DNA from: Lama guanicoe
Taxonomy: Eukaryota
Direction of reading: 5' to 3'
DNA length: 64,000 nt
Assembly (NCBI GenBank): GCA_013239625.1
Contig: MU053934.1
Span: 4,296,399-4,360,398, forward strand
The notes under the pieces are model-generated. The model saw nothing but the letters and a program-made list of their open reading frames with translations. It ran no database searches and was not told where the DNA came from. Both the position numbers and the translations under genes were made by a program. Of the stretch, positions 27,008-40,985 are shown piece by piece (the first letter of the stretch is position 1; every line of letters starts with the position of its first letter).

Positions 27008-27490
27008 GTCTATTAATTTCTATGGCTGCTGTAACAAGTTACCACAAACTCAGTGGCTTAACATAGATGTATTACCTTACAGTTCTGGAGGTCAGAAGTC
27101 CTGCATCCGTGTCACTGGGCTAAAGTCAAGATACCCTCAGGGCTGGTTCCTTCTAGAGACTCTAGGAGAGAATCCATTCCTTGCTTCTTCCAGCTTCTAG
27201 AAGCTGCTGGCATTCCTTGGCTCATGGCTGCATCACTCCAATCTTTACTTTTGCCTTCCCTTGACTGACCTCCTGCCTCCTTCAAATAAGAACCTTTGTA
27301 ATTACATTGGACTCACCCAAATAATTGAGGATAATCTCTCCATCTTGACATCTTTCCTGTAATCGTATCTGCAGAGTCCTTTCCACCACTGGGTAACATA
27401 TAAGGTATGTAAGGTATTGTATTCATAGGTTCTGGGGATTAGAATGTGGACATCTTTGGGTGGGTGGGGCATTATTCAACTTACCACAAA
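27008..27490 (-). mobile_element. MLT1 (ERVL-MaLR) solo LTR
   Basis: tggctgctgtaacaagttaccacaaactcagtggctta...agttctggaggtcagaagtc...ggattagaatgtggacatctttggg. Confidence 0.8.
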
Positions 27491-27521
27491 CGGTATGTAA
27501 AAAATGCCTTAGGAGTCTAGA

Positions 27522-27978
27522 TGTGTCAGTTACAGTTCTCCAGAGAAACAGAACCAATAGGATGTATATAGAAATACATAAGAGGAGATTTATTGTAGGA
27601 ATTGGTTCACACGGTTATGAAGACCCAAGAAGTCTACTGTCTGCAAACTGGAGAACAGGAAAGCCAGCGGCATAAGGCCTGAGAACCAGGAGGCTGCTGG
27701 TATAAGTCCCCAAGCCTGAAGCCCTGACAACCAGGAGCTCCAATGCCTGAGGGCAGGAGAAGATGGATGTTCCAGCTCAGGAAGAGAAGGAATTTGCCCT
27801 TCCTCCACCTTTTGGTTCTATTTGGGCCTCAATGGATACCATGGTGCCTGTCTGCATTGGTGAGGATGCTCTCTTTACTCTGTCTGCTGAATCTAATGCA
27901 GACACGTGTACAATAATGTTCACCAGCTACCTGGGCATCCCGTAGCCCAGGTATGCTGACATGAAATTAACCATCATA
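27522..27978 (-). mobile_element. MLT2 (ERVL) solo LTR
   Basis: ttctccagagaaacagaaccaataggat...gagatttattgtaggaattggttcaca...aaattaaccatca. Confidence 0.8.
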
Positions 27979-29679
27979 CCAGGTAGGGGAGCAGCCCACT
28001 GCCTGGAGGAGGGGAGGCCAGGTGGGCTCTGCAGAGGTGGGGACATTTAACTTTGGACTTGAAAGATGAAGAGGAGATTGTCTGCTAGTGAAGAATGAGA
28101 AGGGCCTCCCAGGTAGAGGGTCAGCTGGAGCAAGAGCTTCAATGAAAGTCCTTTCCCTTCTTCCTTGGTCTGAGATTTGGTCCAACACCACAAGGCGTTC
28201 AATAAATATTTGTTGGATACGTGGGTGGGCCATTGAAGGGGTTTTCAGGAGTAAGTGTGCGGGGATTCAGACCCAGCAAACCCTCACTGGGTGTCTTTTT
28301 CCCTCCCCTTGTTGGACTCTGGGAAGGCAAAGATGGTAAAGAGAAGTTTTTTGCCCTCTAGGAACTAAGGTGTACAGAGAGACAAAGGTGCAAACAGATG
28401 CGATGTGAGCTGTGCAACTTTTAGCTGTCAGCCTCTGAGCCTCAGTTTTCTTCATCTGTAAAATGGGGATAACCATTCCGATCTTGTAGGTTTCTTGTGA
28501 GGATAATGAGAGGATATGTATGGCACTTGGAGCTCCGTGATAGTGGGAGTGTGTGTATGTATGCGCCCCAGGCCAGCTCATAACCTGAAGAGAAATGGAG
28601 ACACACACACAAAATACATACTTACAAGCCTCTCTTCCACTGAAACTTAGTTTATTGGATCAGTTCTAGAAACTGAAACTGTGTTGGTCAAAAATAACAC
28701 CAAACACCTCATAGGGCATTCATCATGTTTCAAGGTCTTTACATAGGATATTAACTAATTTAATCTTCAAAATAGTCCTCTGAGGTAGATACTATTATTA
28801 TTCCTCTTCACTGTTGAGGATACTGGGTTTCTACCCAAACATGGAAGATGCTGAGATAAATAAAACATAAATTCTACATCCATTAGATGTCCGTCATCTC
28901 CTGCTTCCAGATGAGATCTGCCGTGTGATGTAATTTGACTTAACAAAATGATGGACGAAAAAGACATGCAATCAGATGACAATAGGAGTCCCAAAGAATT
29001 GAAACATGTACAAGTTCCTTCTGAAACATTGTGCTGTGAAATTATGTGCCCCCAAAGACAGGCTAACTATTTTTAGAAAGAAAGCAGTAGAGACTTTTGG
29101 AACCGTGCCTGAATACGGTCATACTTGGGCAAGGGATACAGGGAACTCCAATTTTGGGAGAGGGATCTCTGGAAGTGCAGTTCTGACCAAGTCATTCCTC
29201 CATTTAAGACTTTTCAACATGGGAAAGGAGCTAAAATATCAAGAGGAAAAAACCCCTCTCAGTGGCTCATTGCTGTCTCTGGAAGGAAGCCCAAGCTCCT
29301 TCTCCTGCGAAGGGGCCCTTCCTGATGGTCTCCACACCCTGCCCCCATCCTGCACCAGCCCCTCCTTTGGTCTCATCCAACTACCTGCTGTTTCCTGAAC
29401 AGGCTCTGCTTCTATTTTTTTTTTTAACACTTTGCACCTTTGATTCATCTGGGAAGCACCTCCATCTCTTTCAAAACTCAGTCCTGGGGTATTCTTCCAT
29501 ATGAAGCTACATCTGATCCCCCAGGGAGGACTGGTCAGCCTTCCTTGGCCCCACTTGAGTGTTTGCAGCATTCTCGGAACAAAGAAGAGTTCTGTTTGGT
29601 TACTTGTCATCTCCTCCCATAAAGCATGATCTCCCTGAGGGCAGGGTCCCACACAGCACTCAGTTCTGACACTGGATAA

Positions 29680-30200
29680 CCAGCCAATGAATACTTACTG
29701 AGTGCCAACCATGTACCCAGTACTAGTCTAGGTGCTGGGGATCTGGCCGAGAAAAGACAGATAGACCCCTGCCCTCATGAAGCTTAGGTTCTTATGAGGA
29801 CAGCAGACAGACATCAACCACACAAGATAAGAAGATGATTTTCAGGCCAGATATATGTTATAAAAAGATGAAAGTCACATGGTAGAGAGGAACGGGGTGG
29901 GTGGATGGGGTGCTCAGCTAGGGTGATCAGGGCAGGCCCTTAGAGGAGCTGTATCTGAGATGAGCTCTGCACAAGGTAACAGAGGCAACTGCATTGATCT
30001 GGGAGAAGAGTTTTCCAAGCAGAAGGAGTGGCAAGTGCAAAGGCCCTAAGGCAAGGACATGCTTGGCATATGTGAGGGACAGAGGAAGCCAGTGGGCTGA
30101 AGTGGAGGCTGAGGTCTTTAGGAAGGCAGGGGTCCCACATGCAAAGTCTCACAGGCCATGAAGGAGAGCTCTGGCCTTGTTCTGAGGGCAGTGAGGAAGC
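29680..30200 (-). mobile_element. L2 LINE remnant
   Basis: tacttactgagtgccaaccatgtacccag...ccctgccctcatgaagctta...gcaagtgcaaaggccctaagg. Confidence 0.65.
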
Positions 30201-32489
30201 TCAGGGAGAGATCTCGCTGTGAGAGGAGAAGGAGCCTGGCACAGCGAGGCTGACGCAGTGGCAAAGCCTTGGGTGGTTGGAGAGGTCCTGAGTGCCAAGC
30301 GGTGGCTGCTTCTCAAATCAGCCACAGCCCAGCCTCCAGGGAGGCAGAAGGCTGTAGATAAAAATGAAAGAGCTGTCCCTAGAGTCTCCAAGCTCGGGTC
30401 CTCTAACAGAGGGGTGAGCATGGGGTGGCCAGGAGGCTATCCCCCTGGTCGGCTAGTTAGCCTGGGTAGACATGAAGCTTTGCTACAAAGACACCAAAGT
30501 AGAATGATTTATTTCTCTCTTCAACGACAGTCTGGCTTGTTGAGGCTGGTGGACCTTGCAAGGTCAGCAGGACTGTACTCGGGGGAGGTGGTCAAGGCCA
30601 CGGTTGGGAGAAAGGACTCTTGAGCCATGACAGATAGAACTAGGGAGGATTCTGGCCCCCAGGTCCTGGTGGACCCTCCCTCTTCTGGTGGATCCAAAAC
30701 AGATGAGAAGAAATACAAAGTTCCTGGCTGTATTCTTTCCTCTCCCAGCAGAGTGGAGCCAGCTCTGTGCAAACTTGCCCTCTTCCTGCTCTTCCTGTTT
30801 TGCTGGGGAACTTTTTTTTTCCCCCTCAAATACTTTTCTGTTGTCTGGGAGGGAATGTTAATTTCTCCAGGTTCTTTTTCACTGCGAGGAAAAGTTAGGG
30901 CAACCTGACAGGTGGATGCCTGGAGGCTGCATCTGGGAGAGAAGCAGGAGCCTGGTGCTCCTTTTGGTTTCATTCTGCCAGTTCTGCCAAGTAGTGGGGC
31001 CCCTGCCTTGGAGCAGGGGGCCAGCGAGAGGGTCAGAGGAGGCTGGCCACCTGCCCTCTCCACCATCCCTGGCTCGGCCCTGCTCCTGCCCCCCGTGGGG
31101 AGCTTTGTCACCATGGGGCTGGCCAACTTGGCTGGAGGAGAACCTCTCACTTTGCCTTTTCCTCCTGTCTCCTTTCCTGGGGCCTCAAGGGTAAGTGATA
31201 ATTAATTGAGAGCAAAATCTTACTGTGACAGCAGTTCTGGACCAGTTTTGAAAGATAAACTTCTAGGGGTTAAATTAGAAAGAGTACTTCTGATGGATTC
31301 ACTGAGCTCTGCCTCGAAAATGCACGCCCCGCAGAGAAAGCTGCTGTGACCAGCTAAGCAGCCCAGATACTGTGGGAGGGGAGTGTGCCTCCAGCGTTGG
31401 GGACACACCTGGGCCTCCCAGGCATCACTGGGAGGGATTCCCAGGGGGTGTGGAGTTCTCAGGCGGTCAGGTAGGCCACAGCCAGAGGACAAAAGAATGT
31501 GTCAGCCTGATTATGTAAATTTAGGAGCAATCACGCTGGTAGAGGCCTCCCTGCCGGCCAGCCGGCGGTCCCTAAGTTCATCACTGTTCCTCCAGGGCTG
31601 TCAGAGAGTATTTCTAGTATTATGTGTATGACCCCGATTTGTAAGGTGGACTTTCATCCATGTGGGCAGCCCTGTTGTTGAGAACAGACCTTCACCTTGA
31701 GGAGGTGCCCATGAGTACTTAAGAAGGATTTGATTAATTTTGATCTCATTTACAAACTTTAAGTCCTTTAAACATTTCATATTGCATTATCCATCACATA
31801 TATTTACTTAACTTCCTAAGTATAATTGGCTGAAAAACCTCAAATAATTAAGCAATTCTTACAAACCTAACACATTTAGCTTAAAAATATGGTGACTTTG
31901 AAGTTCAATGAGCTGTCCCAGTACTACGTAAAACCTTAAGTGCAGATCAATTACTCAATTACACGTTTAAATTGGAATCACAAGGCAATCTATTATTCTA
32001 ATAAACCAAGTTTTCTTCAACATTATGAGGCTATAAATTAGCAAAAACACCTTCACATAAAAATATTAACACTTCAGTTTTCATTCTTTTTACATTTTTG
32101 TACTTAATTTAAATCTTCCCGGGAGTAAAATGTATTTACTCACTAGGGAAACCATTCAGTCATTTGAAGCAATTTTTAAGGATACCTACTCAGCCGTTAG
32201 AATGCACATATGATCCAAGACCTACAGGCCAGGATTGCCTGTGACCCTCATGGACCATTCAGAGGTCTATTGATAGACATTTATCTCAAGACCTCCGTGT
32301 GGGGTCATCTCAGAGCCTTTGGTCCATATCCTTGCGGTTGTGTCGTATCATAACCTAATTCTTTCCTCTGTTCATGGAAATCTGTAACTCCGACCTTACA
32401 TCATTTCCACATCATTGATTGGATTTTGTATTATTTGGCCTCTTAAAATACAAAATATCTAAAGTCCTTTGAGTTTCATGATATTAGTA

Positions 32490-32700
32490 GCTAACATTTA
32501 TTGAAGGCCTATTCTGTGCCAGGAATAGTTCCACGTGCCTTTCATTTATTAATTCATTCAACTCTAACAACTCTTGAGGAAGGTACTACTCATTTTCTCG
32601 TTTTACAAATAGAGGAACTGAAGTACAGAGAGACTGGGTCATTTGTTCAGGGTCACGTGGGCAGTTAAAGGATGATCTGGGATTCAGAGCCCATGCTCTC
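32490..32700 (-). mobile_element. MIR SINE remnant
   Basis: gctaacatttattgaaggcctattctgtgccagg...ttttacaaatagaggaactgaagtacagagag. Confidence 0.75.
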
Positions 32701-34949
32701 ACCTGGGACCTTGCTTTTTGAAAATAAAATAAAAGAAAAGAAAATCCTGGTGGGATCACTCAACTTGCATAATTATTCATATAATTTTCCCCTCTCAGGA
32801 CTTTGACTGCCCCGTCCCGATTCCACACTCAGACACATACACATCACATGGGTCTGATGTCCGCTATTCAGATGTCTTCCTCAGGGGGCATACTTCTTTT
32901 GTGTTAGCCCTAATGAGTGGACCTTTACATTTTGGGAAATGGCTCTTGCTTCTCAGTCTGAAGAGACAGTGGGAAGATGCTTTATCAAAACATAAATAAG
33001 GGGGGCATAACAGCAAGCTTTCCTAATCCAACAAAACACCCCAGGGCTCAGTGGTTTAAAACAATACTCATTTATTCTTTTTTTAAAAAAACAGCTTTAT
33101 TGAGATATAATTGACCTAGAATAAACTGTATATGTCTCAAGTGTACAATCAGTGAGGTCTGACATTTGTGTAAACCTGTAAAGCCATCACCACAGTCAAG
33201 ATAGTGAACATTCCCATCACCTCCAAAGTGCTCCCTCCCGCCGGTCCACCCTCACCTCCCCCAAGTCCCAGGCAATTCTGAGCTGCGTTGTGTCACTACA
33301 GATTAGTGTGTGTTTTAGGGGTTTACATAAAACTTTTATTTGGCTTCTTTTATTCAGCGTAATTATTTTGAGATTCATCTGTGTTGTGTTTATCCTCTTT
33401 AATGCTGAGTATTATTCCATTTCATTTGTATGGATACACCTCAACTTACTGGTCCATTTACCTGTGGGTCGGTTAAAACAACTTGCTCATGCTTTTGAGG
33501 GTGAGCTAGGAGTTGCTGATCCAGATTTGAATTGGCCTCAAGCAGTAGGCTGGGTCTAATTTTGCTCCATGTGACCCTCCTCTTCCTTGGACCGACATAC
33601 CAGCCACAGAACATTATTCCCTTGGCAACGACAGAAGCACAAGTAGGCGAGTCCCACTGCACAAGCCTATTTCATACCTTTTTTTTCAAGGTGGCCACAA
33701 ACACCCCATTTGCTAATACCTGTCACATGGCCAAGCCCAGTATCCGTACCAGAGCCTTATACCCCGAAGTGAGGCTGTCCTCACTGGTCACCGCCGGGGA
33801 TAACTGGCCAGGGTGGAGGCTTTGCCTGTCTTCAGCTGGGGAATTTCCAAACCTGAAATTGCCCTGTTTGGACAGACATAGCAATAGATTGGCCATGAGA
33901 GTCCTCTGCGTCTGCCCCTTCCCATCTGCCAGGGCCAGGCTGGTACATGATGTGTTTTTCACTCTGTGACAGACTAGGGTGTCCCTTTCTGAAGGGAGAC
34001 GGAGGAAGTGAAGGGAGTTGGGCACAGAATTTTGCTAATACAGCCCGTGGAGGCTATGCCAAAACAGAGGCTGGGATTCTGCGGTCCACTGCGGTCCACT
34101 GGTTCTTAGGTTTGTTCAAGAAGCCAGGCTAGATGCTGGGGAGACCCAGGCAAGTCAGACAGAGTCCCTGCCCATGCGTGAGGCACTAGCTGTGCAGCAG
34201 AGGAGGTGGACCCATAAACAGACCGCTGAGGGAGCTGTGAGGGTGGTGACAGACGTGCTCTGGGTTTTGTGGGATGATGGACGGAGGGCTGGGGAAGGGA
34301 GAGGCTCCTCCATCATCAGAGACGTTAAGAGGGAGCCGTCCCAGCAAGACCAGCCACAGAGTCTGTTTCTAAAGTCCACTGATAAATGACTCAAAACAGT
34401 ATTTTCAAGTTTCTACCATTTGCCAAACACTCTTCTGGGTGCTGGGGACTGCCTTTTGTTATCATAGCAACTGGAGCTTGTATTATCATTGGAATATGTT
34501 GATGATGATGTCAGCCTTCCTCTGGCACGACCAAAGCACTGGCCATCTGGAAAGGCAGGACACTTGGATGCCCTTGGACCTGGGCAAGAGTCGGGGGGGG
34601 GGACAGGCTTTAGAGAGCCTCAAATCAATTATCCCTAAAATACCCTCTATAGTTGGTTTTCTAAATTAGGATCCACGGCCCAATCTGCTTACACCCGTAA
34701 ATCTTTTTAAATTTAGAACAGTTCCTATTTTCCTAATGTGAACTGACGGGACTAAACTATTGTCCTGTAGAACATTCTACCGTCTGGATTTGTCTGCTTC
34801 CTTGTCGTGAATTTAGCTGGTCCTTTTGTCTTCTTTCCCCCCATGTCTCATACACCTCACTCAGTAACTCAGATGGATCAAGCAGCCCCCCTCCCCCACA
34901 AAGCTTTATGAGGATAGAGAAATGAGAATTACGGAATTACAGGTGTCAC

Positions 34950-37900
34950 TTCAGGGAATTTCTAGAACATTTCACCAAGTAACTGGAGATACGACATTCT
35001 TGGAACATTTATGCAAATTGACCATTTAGCTCATCAAAAAGCAATGTTTGGTTAATGTCAGAAAAGCTCGATTGAACAAATAATATTTTCTGACCACCAT
35101 GTACTTCAAGAAGAATAAAAAATAGAAATAAAAAGCCCTCTTTAACTAATTCATGAATAAAAAGAATAGATTTTAGAATATGCTTAGAAAAGAATAATGA
35201 AAATTCCACATATCAGAACATATGGGAGGCTTCTGTGAGATTCAAAGGGCTGAAAATCAATAAGCCAAACATTCAACACAAGAAATTAGCAACAGAACAG
35301 CTGAATAAACTCAAAGAAAGTAGGAAATGTAAAAGAACAGAAGTAAATGAAACAGAAAACATCTATAAAGTAGATGTGACTAATCAAGCCAAGTTCTTTA
35401 ATATCCAAATTTATTAGAAATATATTATATATAAAATAATATATAAGATAAAATTCAAATTTCCTAGAAAAGACTGATGAATAAAATGGGCAAACCTCTT
35501 GCCAGTCTAACTAGGAAACAGAGAGGTGGCAGCCATAAACCACTGAAAGGAATTGAAAGGAAATACGACTTCAGGTGAAGAATAAATTAAAAATATAATA
35601 AGAGGATATTAAGAGCATTTTTTGGCCAATACTTTAAAATAACATCAAATTTTGAAAATTTAAATCAAGTGTGCACAATTTTCTACACTTAAAAGTAATA
35701 CAATTTGACTTTAAAAGAAATAAAAAATATGAACAATGTTGTAACTACTTAAAAATTGAATTGGTGATCAAAAATCTTGATATCAAAGAAATATCAGAAC
35801 CAGACTTTAAAAAGAAACACACAAAAACGGGGGGTTTCACCAAACATTTTAAGACTGAATAATTTCAATCTAACACAAGTTCTTCCAGAGAGCAGGAGAA
35901 ACACCAATGCCCCCCAACTCATTTTTTATGAAGTTGGCTTGGTATCTAAGCCAAAAACTGTTGAAGAAAGGGAAATATAGGCCAATCTTTTTCATAAACA
36001 AAATGTCAGCAAATTGAATCCAACGATACAGATGAAAGATACTATATCATGACCAACTTTGATTTGTCCCTGGAATGCATTGGAAAATCAAGTAATGTAA
36101 TTCATCACATTAACAGATAAAAGGAGAAAAACCATACAATCATGATTTGTATGCCAGCATATGTCTAATTTGGTTAATGTTCCATGTGCACTTGCAAAAG
36201 TGTATATTTTAGTTTTGGGATACAGTGTTCTATAAACATCAATTAAATTGGTTGATAGCATTGTTCAAATCTATATATGTACTGATTGTTTTTCAGTCTA
36301 CTTGTTCTATCAATTTTTGGGAATGGAATAATAAAATCTCTAATTCTAATTGTGTATTTTTTCTATTTTCCTTTTAGTTTTTTAATCAACATTTGTGAGT
36401 GTAGCTAAAGCAATGCTTAGAGGAAATGTATAGCTTTAAATGCTATATATATATTGGAAAAGGAAAAATGGCTTAAAATCAATAATCTAAGTTTCTACTT
36501 TAAGAATTAAAAAAAAAAAAGCAAATTAAACCCGAGATATGTAGAAGGAAGAAAATAATAAAGATGAGAGTGAGGGGAAAGTTAAAAAAGAAAACAGACA
36601 AGTGATAAAAAAAATCTACAAAGCTCGAAGTTGGTTCTTTAAGGTGAATAATAAAGTTTTGACTCAAAATACAACACTGAATAACAATAACATATAATCA
36701 AAGAGGGGTAAATTGGTGTTAAACTGTTCTGTTTCTTGAATTATTCAGGAGGGGGCAGAATAAGATATCGCTTAATTTTAGACTTTGGTAGTCATATATG
36801 CATAGTAAAATTCACAGATTATCACTAAAAAGAAAAGAAATTGAATATATAAAATCCAGAGAATACAGGAAGTAGGAAATACAAACAGAAATAGAAAACA
36901 AGAATAGGAAAAACAAACAAAGGAAAGCTCAATTGGTTAAAAAAAAAAAAGCCAAGAAAAAATAATAAAGAAGCATCAAAAAGAAAATGCAATGAGGAAA
37001 AAGAAGAAGATTATAGAAATAAGTCCAAATATAATAACAATCACAGACGTAAATGGACTAAACACACCAGATAAACACAGAGATTTTCAAAATGGATTAA
37101 CCACATTCCCTTCTAGCTATCTAAGAGATAGAGTCAAAGCAAGAGGGTATAGAAAACTTGAAAATAAAAAGATAAAGAAGTGCACAAAATAAAGCTATTT
37201 TTAATTAAATTAACACCAGAGAAAATATTCTTGAAAGAAAAGCCATTGCTAAGGATAGAGAAGGTACCTACATAATAATAAAATATTTAACTCACCGAGA
37301 AGATAAAGCAATTCAAAACTTATATGCATCTTATAACACTTAAAAATGAATAAAGCAAAAATGGACAGACCAGCAACAAGAGTTTGACCAATCCACCACC
37401 ACTGTGTGTGTGTACAAAACCCTGTAAGAGGGTAGATTTGAAATACAGTTAACAAGTATAATTGAATGCTCATTTATAGAATTTTTTTGCAAAAGAATTA
37501 GAGAATATACATTTACTTCAGGCTCCCATGGAATATTAGTGAAAACTGACCATATGTTATGCTACAAAGCAAGTCTCAACAAATATCAAAGGTTAAAATT
37601 ATACAGATCATCTTCTATGATTATATTGTATGAATTATAATAGATAATAAATTATTACTATGTTTAGAAATTAGATTCTCATGTTTATATAATCCGTTAG
37701 TCAAAGATGAATTTTAACATTAAACTGAAAGATAATACTGAAAATATCACATATTAAAACTTGTGGCATTCAGTTAAAATCGTATTTAGAAGGAAGTTTA
37801 AAGCCTTAATTTCATATTTGGAAAATAAGAAAGACTACAAATTTATGATTTACCCAACCATCTAAAGAAGTTAGAAAAAATGCAGCAAAACAAACCCAAA

Positions 37901-38275
37901 GAAAGGGAAGGAAAAAATAATAAAGGGTGGGAAACTGATGCAAGAGAAAATCAACATACAGTAGAGCAGATGAACAAAGAGAACAATTAAGTCTTTAAAA
38001 ATACCAATGAACTTGGTAAACTTCTGCTGAGATTGATCAAGAGAAAGCGGGAAGGTACAAAAAATATAATATCAAGAATGAATAAAGGAGGATGAAATTC
38101 TACATGTTGCAGATATCTATCAAATAATAATGCGGTATGATGAACAAATTTATACCAACATATTTGAAATTTTATACTGGACAAATTCTTAGAAAAATAT
38201 AACTTACTAACATTGACTCAAGAAGACATAGAAACATGAATAGTCCTATAACAATTAAAAACATTGAATGAATAG
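34950..38275 (+). mobile_element. Stack of old L1M fragments (mostly ORF2 endonuclease/Z region; one inverted piece at about 36140-36390)
   Basis: A-rich degenerate ORF2 motifs (aaaactgaccatatgttatgctacaaagcaagtctcaacaaat; aagaagttagaaaaa...aaacccaaag; attcatcacattaacagataaaaggagaaaaaccata). No intact ORF. Confidence 0.8.
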
Positions 38276-40000
38276 TATATCAGTCAGGGTCTACTCAGGA
38301 AATAAAAAACACACCAGTTATTTGAGCAGAGAGAATTTAGTCGAAAGAATTGTTAACTAGGTACAAAGACATTAACTAGGTAACTGAAAGGGTAAAAGAA
38401 TCATTCTGAGATTTGCAGGCAGGATGCAGCTAGAACCATTCCTAGGGGTTGGGGAAACAAAGGGATGAACTTGGAATTACTAAAATTTAGTGACTTAGAG
38501 GAGGGGTCTCACAAAGGTGAATCTCAGACCTCAAATGAGGCGGTACTGTCAGGCTGGTGCAGGTGTCCTTTAGCTTGGAGGAGGGGCCCCACAGGGTTGG
38601 AAACCAGACTTCTGACGGGGCACAGGCTGGCTCATGCTGATGTCTCTGGGGTGTACATGTCGGGTGTGATCACGCTGGTTCTGTAAAGACTTCAAACTGG
38701 ACTCAGCTGCTGTTGCAGGATGAACAGCTAGGTGATTCTTAACAGGAATCAAACAGGAAGCTGATGGAAAGTAGCCAGTCCTATCTTCCTCCCTGGCCTC
38801 CCTAGCATCCCCTAGCATCCCCTGCTGGCAGAATCTAACATGGCACCAGCTGACACTGGCTGAAATGTGGATTGGAGTCCCAGCTCCAGTATCACAATGC
38901 AGAGTGTAGAAGGGTGGGCTTAGAGCTGAGAGACAACAGCTTCAGAAGGGCATGGTCCACCTTGTTGGCTTCTCAGCATTCACAGTTACCATTAGACATG
39001 CATTTGACTTTCACACAACAAGAAAACAACTCTAGGTTTCCAGTTAACCTGGTGCAACAATCCTTCATGCCAAAAAATACATTCTCAGTCTCTCCCCCAA
39101 ATGAGAAGATGCAAAGTCCCAACAGGCATGTTACCCTCATCTCTGGGTAATGTTAACAACCCCTCAAATCAAGTCACAGTCCCATCTGAATACCGTTACC
39201 TAAATATGAAATTGGAAAGTTAACCTCCAACAAAAGTTACGTAAAATAGTAATAGGAAAGGGGAAGGAGAAGAAAAAATACACATATACACCATACAGCA
39301 AGCAAGGAAGAAAATACTCACAATTGATGGTCTTTGTTTCTGTAACAGGTCATGAGGCTGTAGTTGACATTTGTAATTCCTTCTTCTATTGCCCATTCTG
39401 CATATCCTTTGCTTTCAACTGTTTAGGGTTCTTTAGCTGATGGAATGACCTAAATCTTCATTCTTGAAGTCTCTGAATTCTCAGTGGTCGTGACCTTTTG
39501 ATTTCTGTCATTTTCCATTAATTTTTACGATTGGACGTGAAGTATTAAGGGGCATCCCGGGACATCCTCTAGGTTTCAGATCTCACTCTCCCTGACTCCA
39601 CTGTGTAGCAGCAAACCAATTTCTCCTCGTAATCAAGATCAATTAGCCTTGGGGCCACATGGAACCCTTTCTTGGTTTAATGGCAGGAAGACCAAAATGG
39701 CTGGTAGTAGCTCCCACTTCCAGTTGAGTGGAATTTAATTTAATACAACTCTAGTTGTATCCTCTAGTGGAAGCACATCTCTCTTGGGAACCACAGCCTC
39801 CAAACCCACAGAGCTCAGAGTTGTCGGGATGGGAAGCAAAAATTCTGCAAGCAGGTTATGAGGTATACGAGTGAGAGGACCCAATCCTACTTCTATCCCT
39901 TAATTCCTGGACTCATTTTTTCTGGTGAGGAGAGAGAAGGCACCGTATATCAGTTTCTAACCCAAAGAATAAACTGCATCCTATAAGATAGACTCTTTTC
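38275..40000 (-). mobile_element. ERVL provirus remnant: LTR (about 38275-38940) plus internal pol-end/dUTPase region
   Basis: Minus-strand 39560-39915 translates to SRN*GIEVGLGPLTRIPHNLLAEFLLPIPTTLSSVGLEAVVPKRDVLPLEDTT..PLNWK..IDLDY..EIGLLLH. This matches my recall of the ERV-L integrase end/dUTPase region. Confidence 0.8.
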
Positions 40001-40511
40001 AAGTTGCTCTTTCTGCCTGGAAGCCTGGGAAGTTTTCTCTTTTTCCTTTAAGATCATGCATTTCACCGGGATGTACCCTCACGTGTGACTTTCTCAACCC
40101 AAATAGAACTCAGTGAGCCTTTAAATCAGTTGGTAGGTATATCTTCCCCCGCTCAAGAAAAATGTCTTCTAGGATTTAATGATGACTTCTTCCCCATCTG
40201 TTCACATTTGTCTCCATCTGGAACAGCTATTATTTGTCCATCAGATCTCTCGGTTTTGTGCACCAAGTCTCTTTTCCCTCATAAATTATATTTTTGGGGG
40301 ATGATCTTTCTTCATATTTTCGAGATATTTCCTGTATGTCATCTTCAGGTTGCTAATTAGGTATCAATAATCTTCAATTTGCCTGACAAATTTTTTAGTT
40401 GAAAATCATGTTTTATGCTCCAAGAAGTTTTGTAAGTGTGTGTAATTTAAAAAAGGAGAGCCATTTGGATTTTGGATATCATTTTTAAAATCAAGCAGTT
40501 CTATTTTGCTA

Positions 40512-40985
40512 GGTATATGAGTTCCCTACTGCTATGATAGCAGATTACCGTGGATTTAGTGGGTTAAATCAACATGAATTTGCTATCTTACCGGTCCTGG
40601 GGGTCAGAAGTCCAAAACCAGTTTCACTGGGGCAAAATCAAGGTGTCAGCAAGGCTGGTTCCTTCTGGAGGCTCTAAAGGGAGAATCTATTTCCTTGCCT
40701 TTTCCAGATTCTCAAGGTCATCTGCTTTCCTCAGCTCACAGCCCCTTCCTCCATCCTCAAAGCATATCACTCTAACTTCTGGTGCTGTTGCCACATCTCC
40801 TTTTTCTGACTCTGACCCTCTTGCCTCCCTCTTGTAAGGACCTTTGTGATTTTATTGGGCCTACCTGGATAATCTAGGCTAATCTCCCACCTTAATATCC
40901 TCAGCTTAATCACATCTGCGAAATCCCTTCTACTATATAAGGTAACATATTCATAGGTTCTGAGATTAGGACATGGACATCTTTC
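40512..40985 (-). mobile_element. MLT1 (MaLR) solo LTR
   Basis: gggtcagaagtccaaaaccagtttcactggggcaaaatcaaggtgtcagcaaggctggttccttctggaggctct. Clearly related to 27008-27490. Confidence 0.8.
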
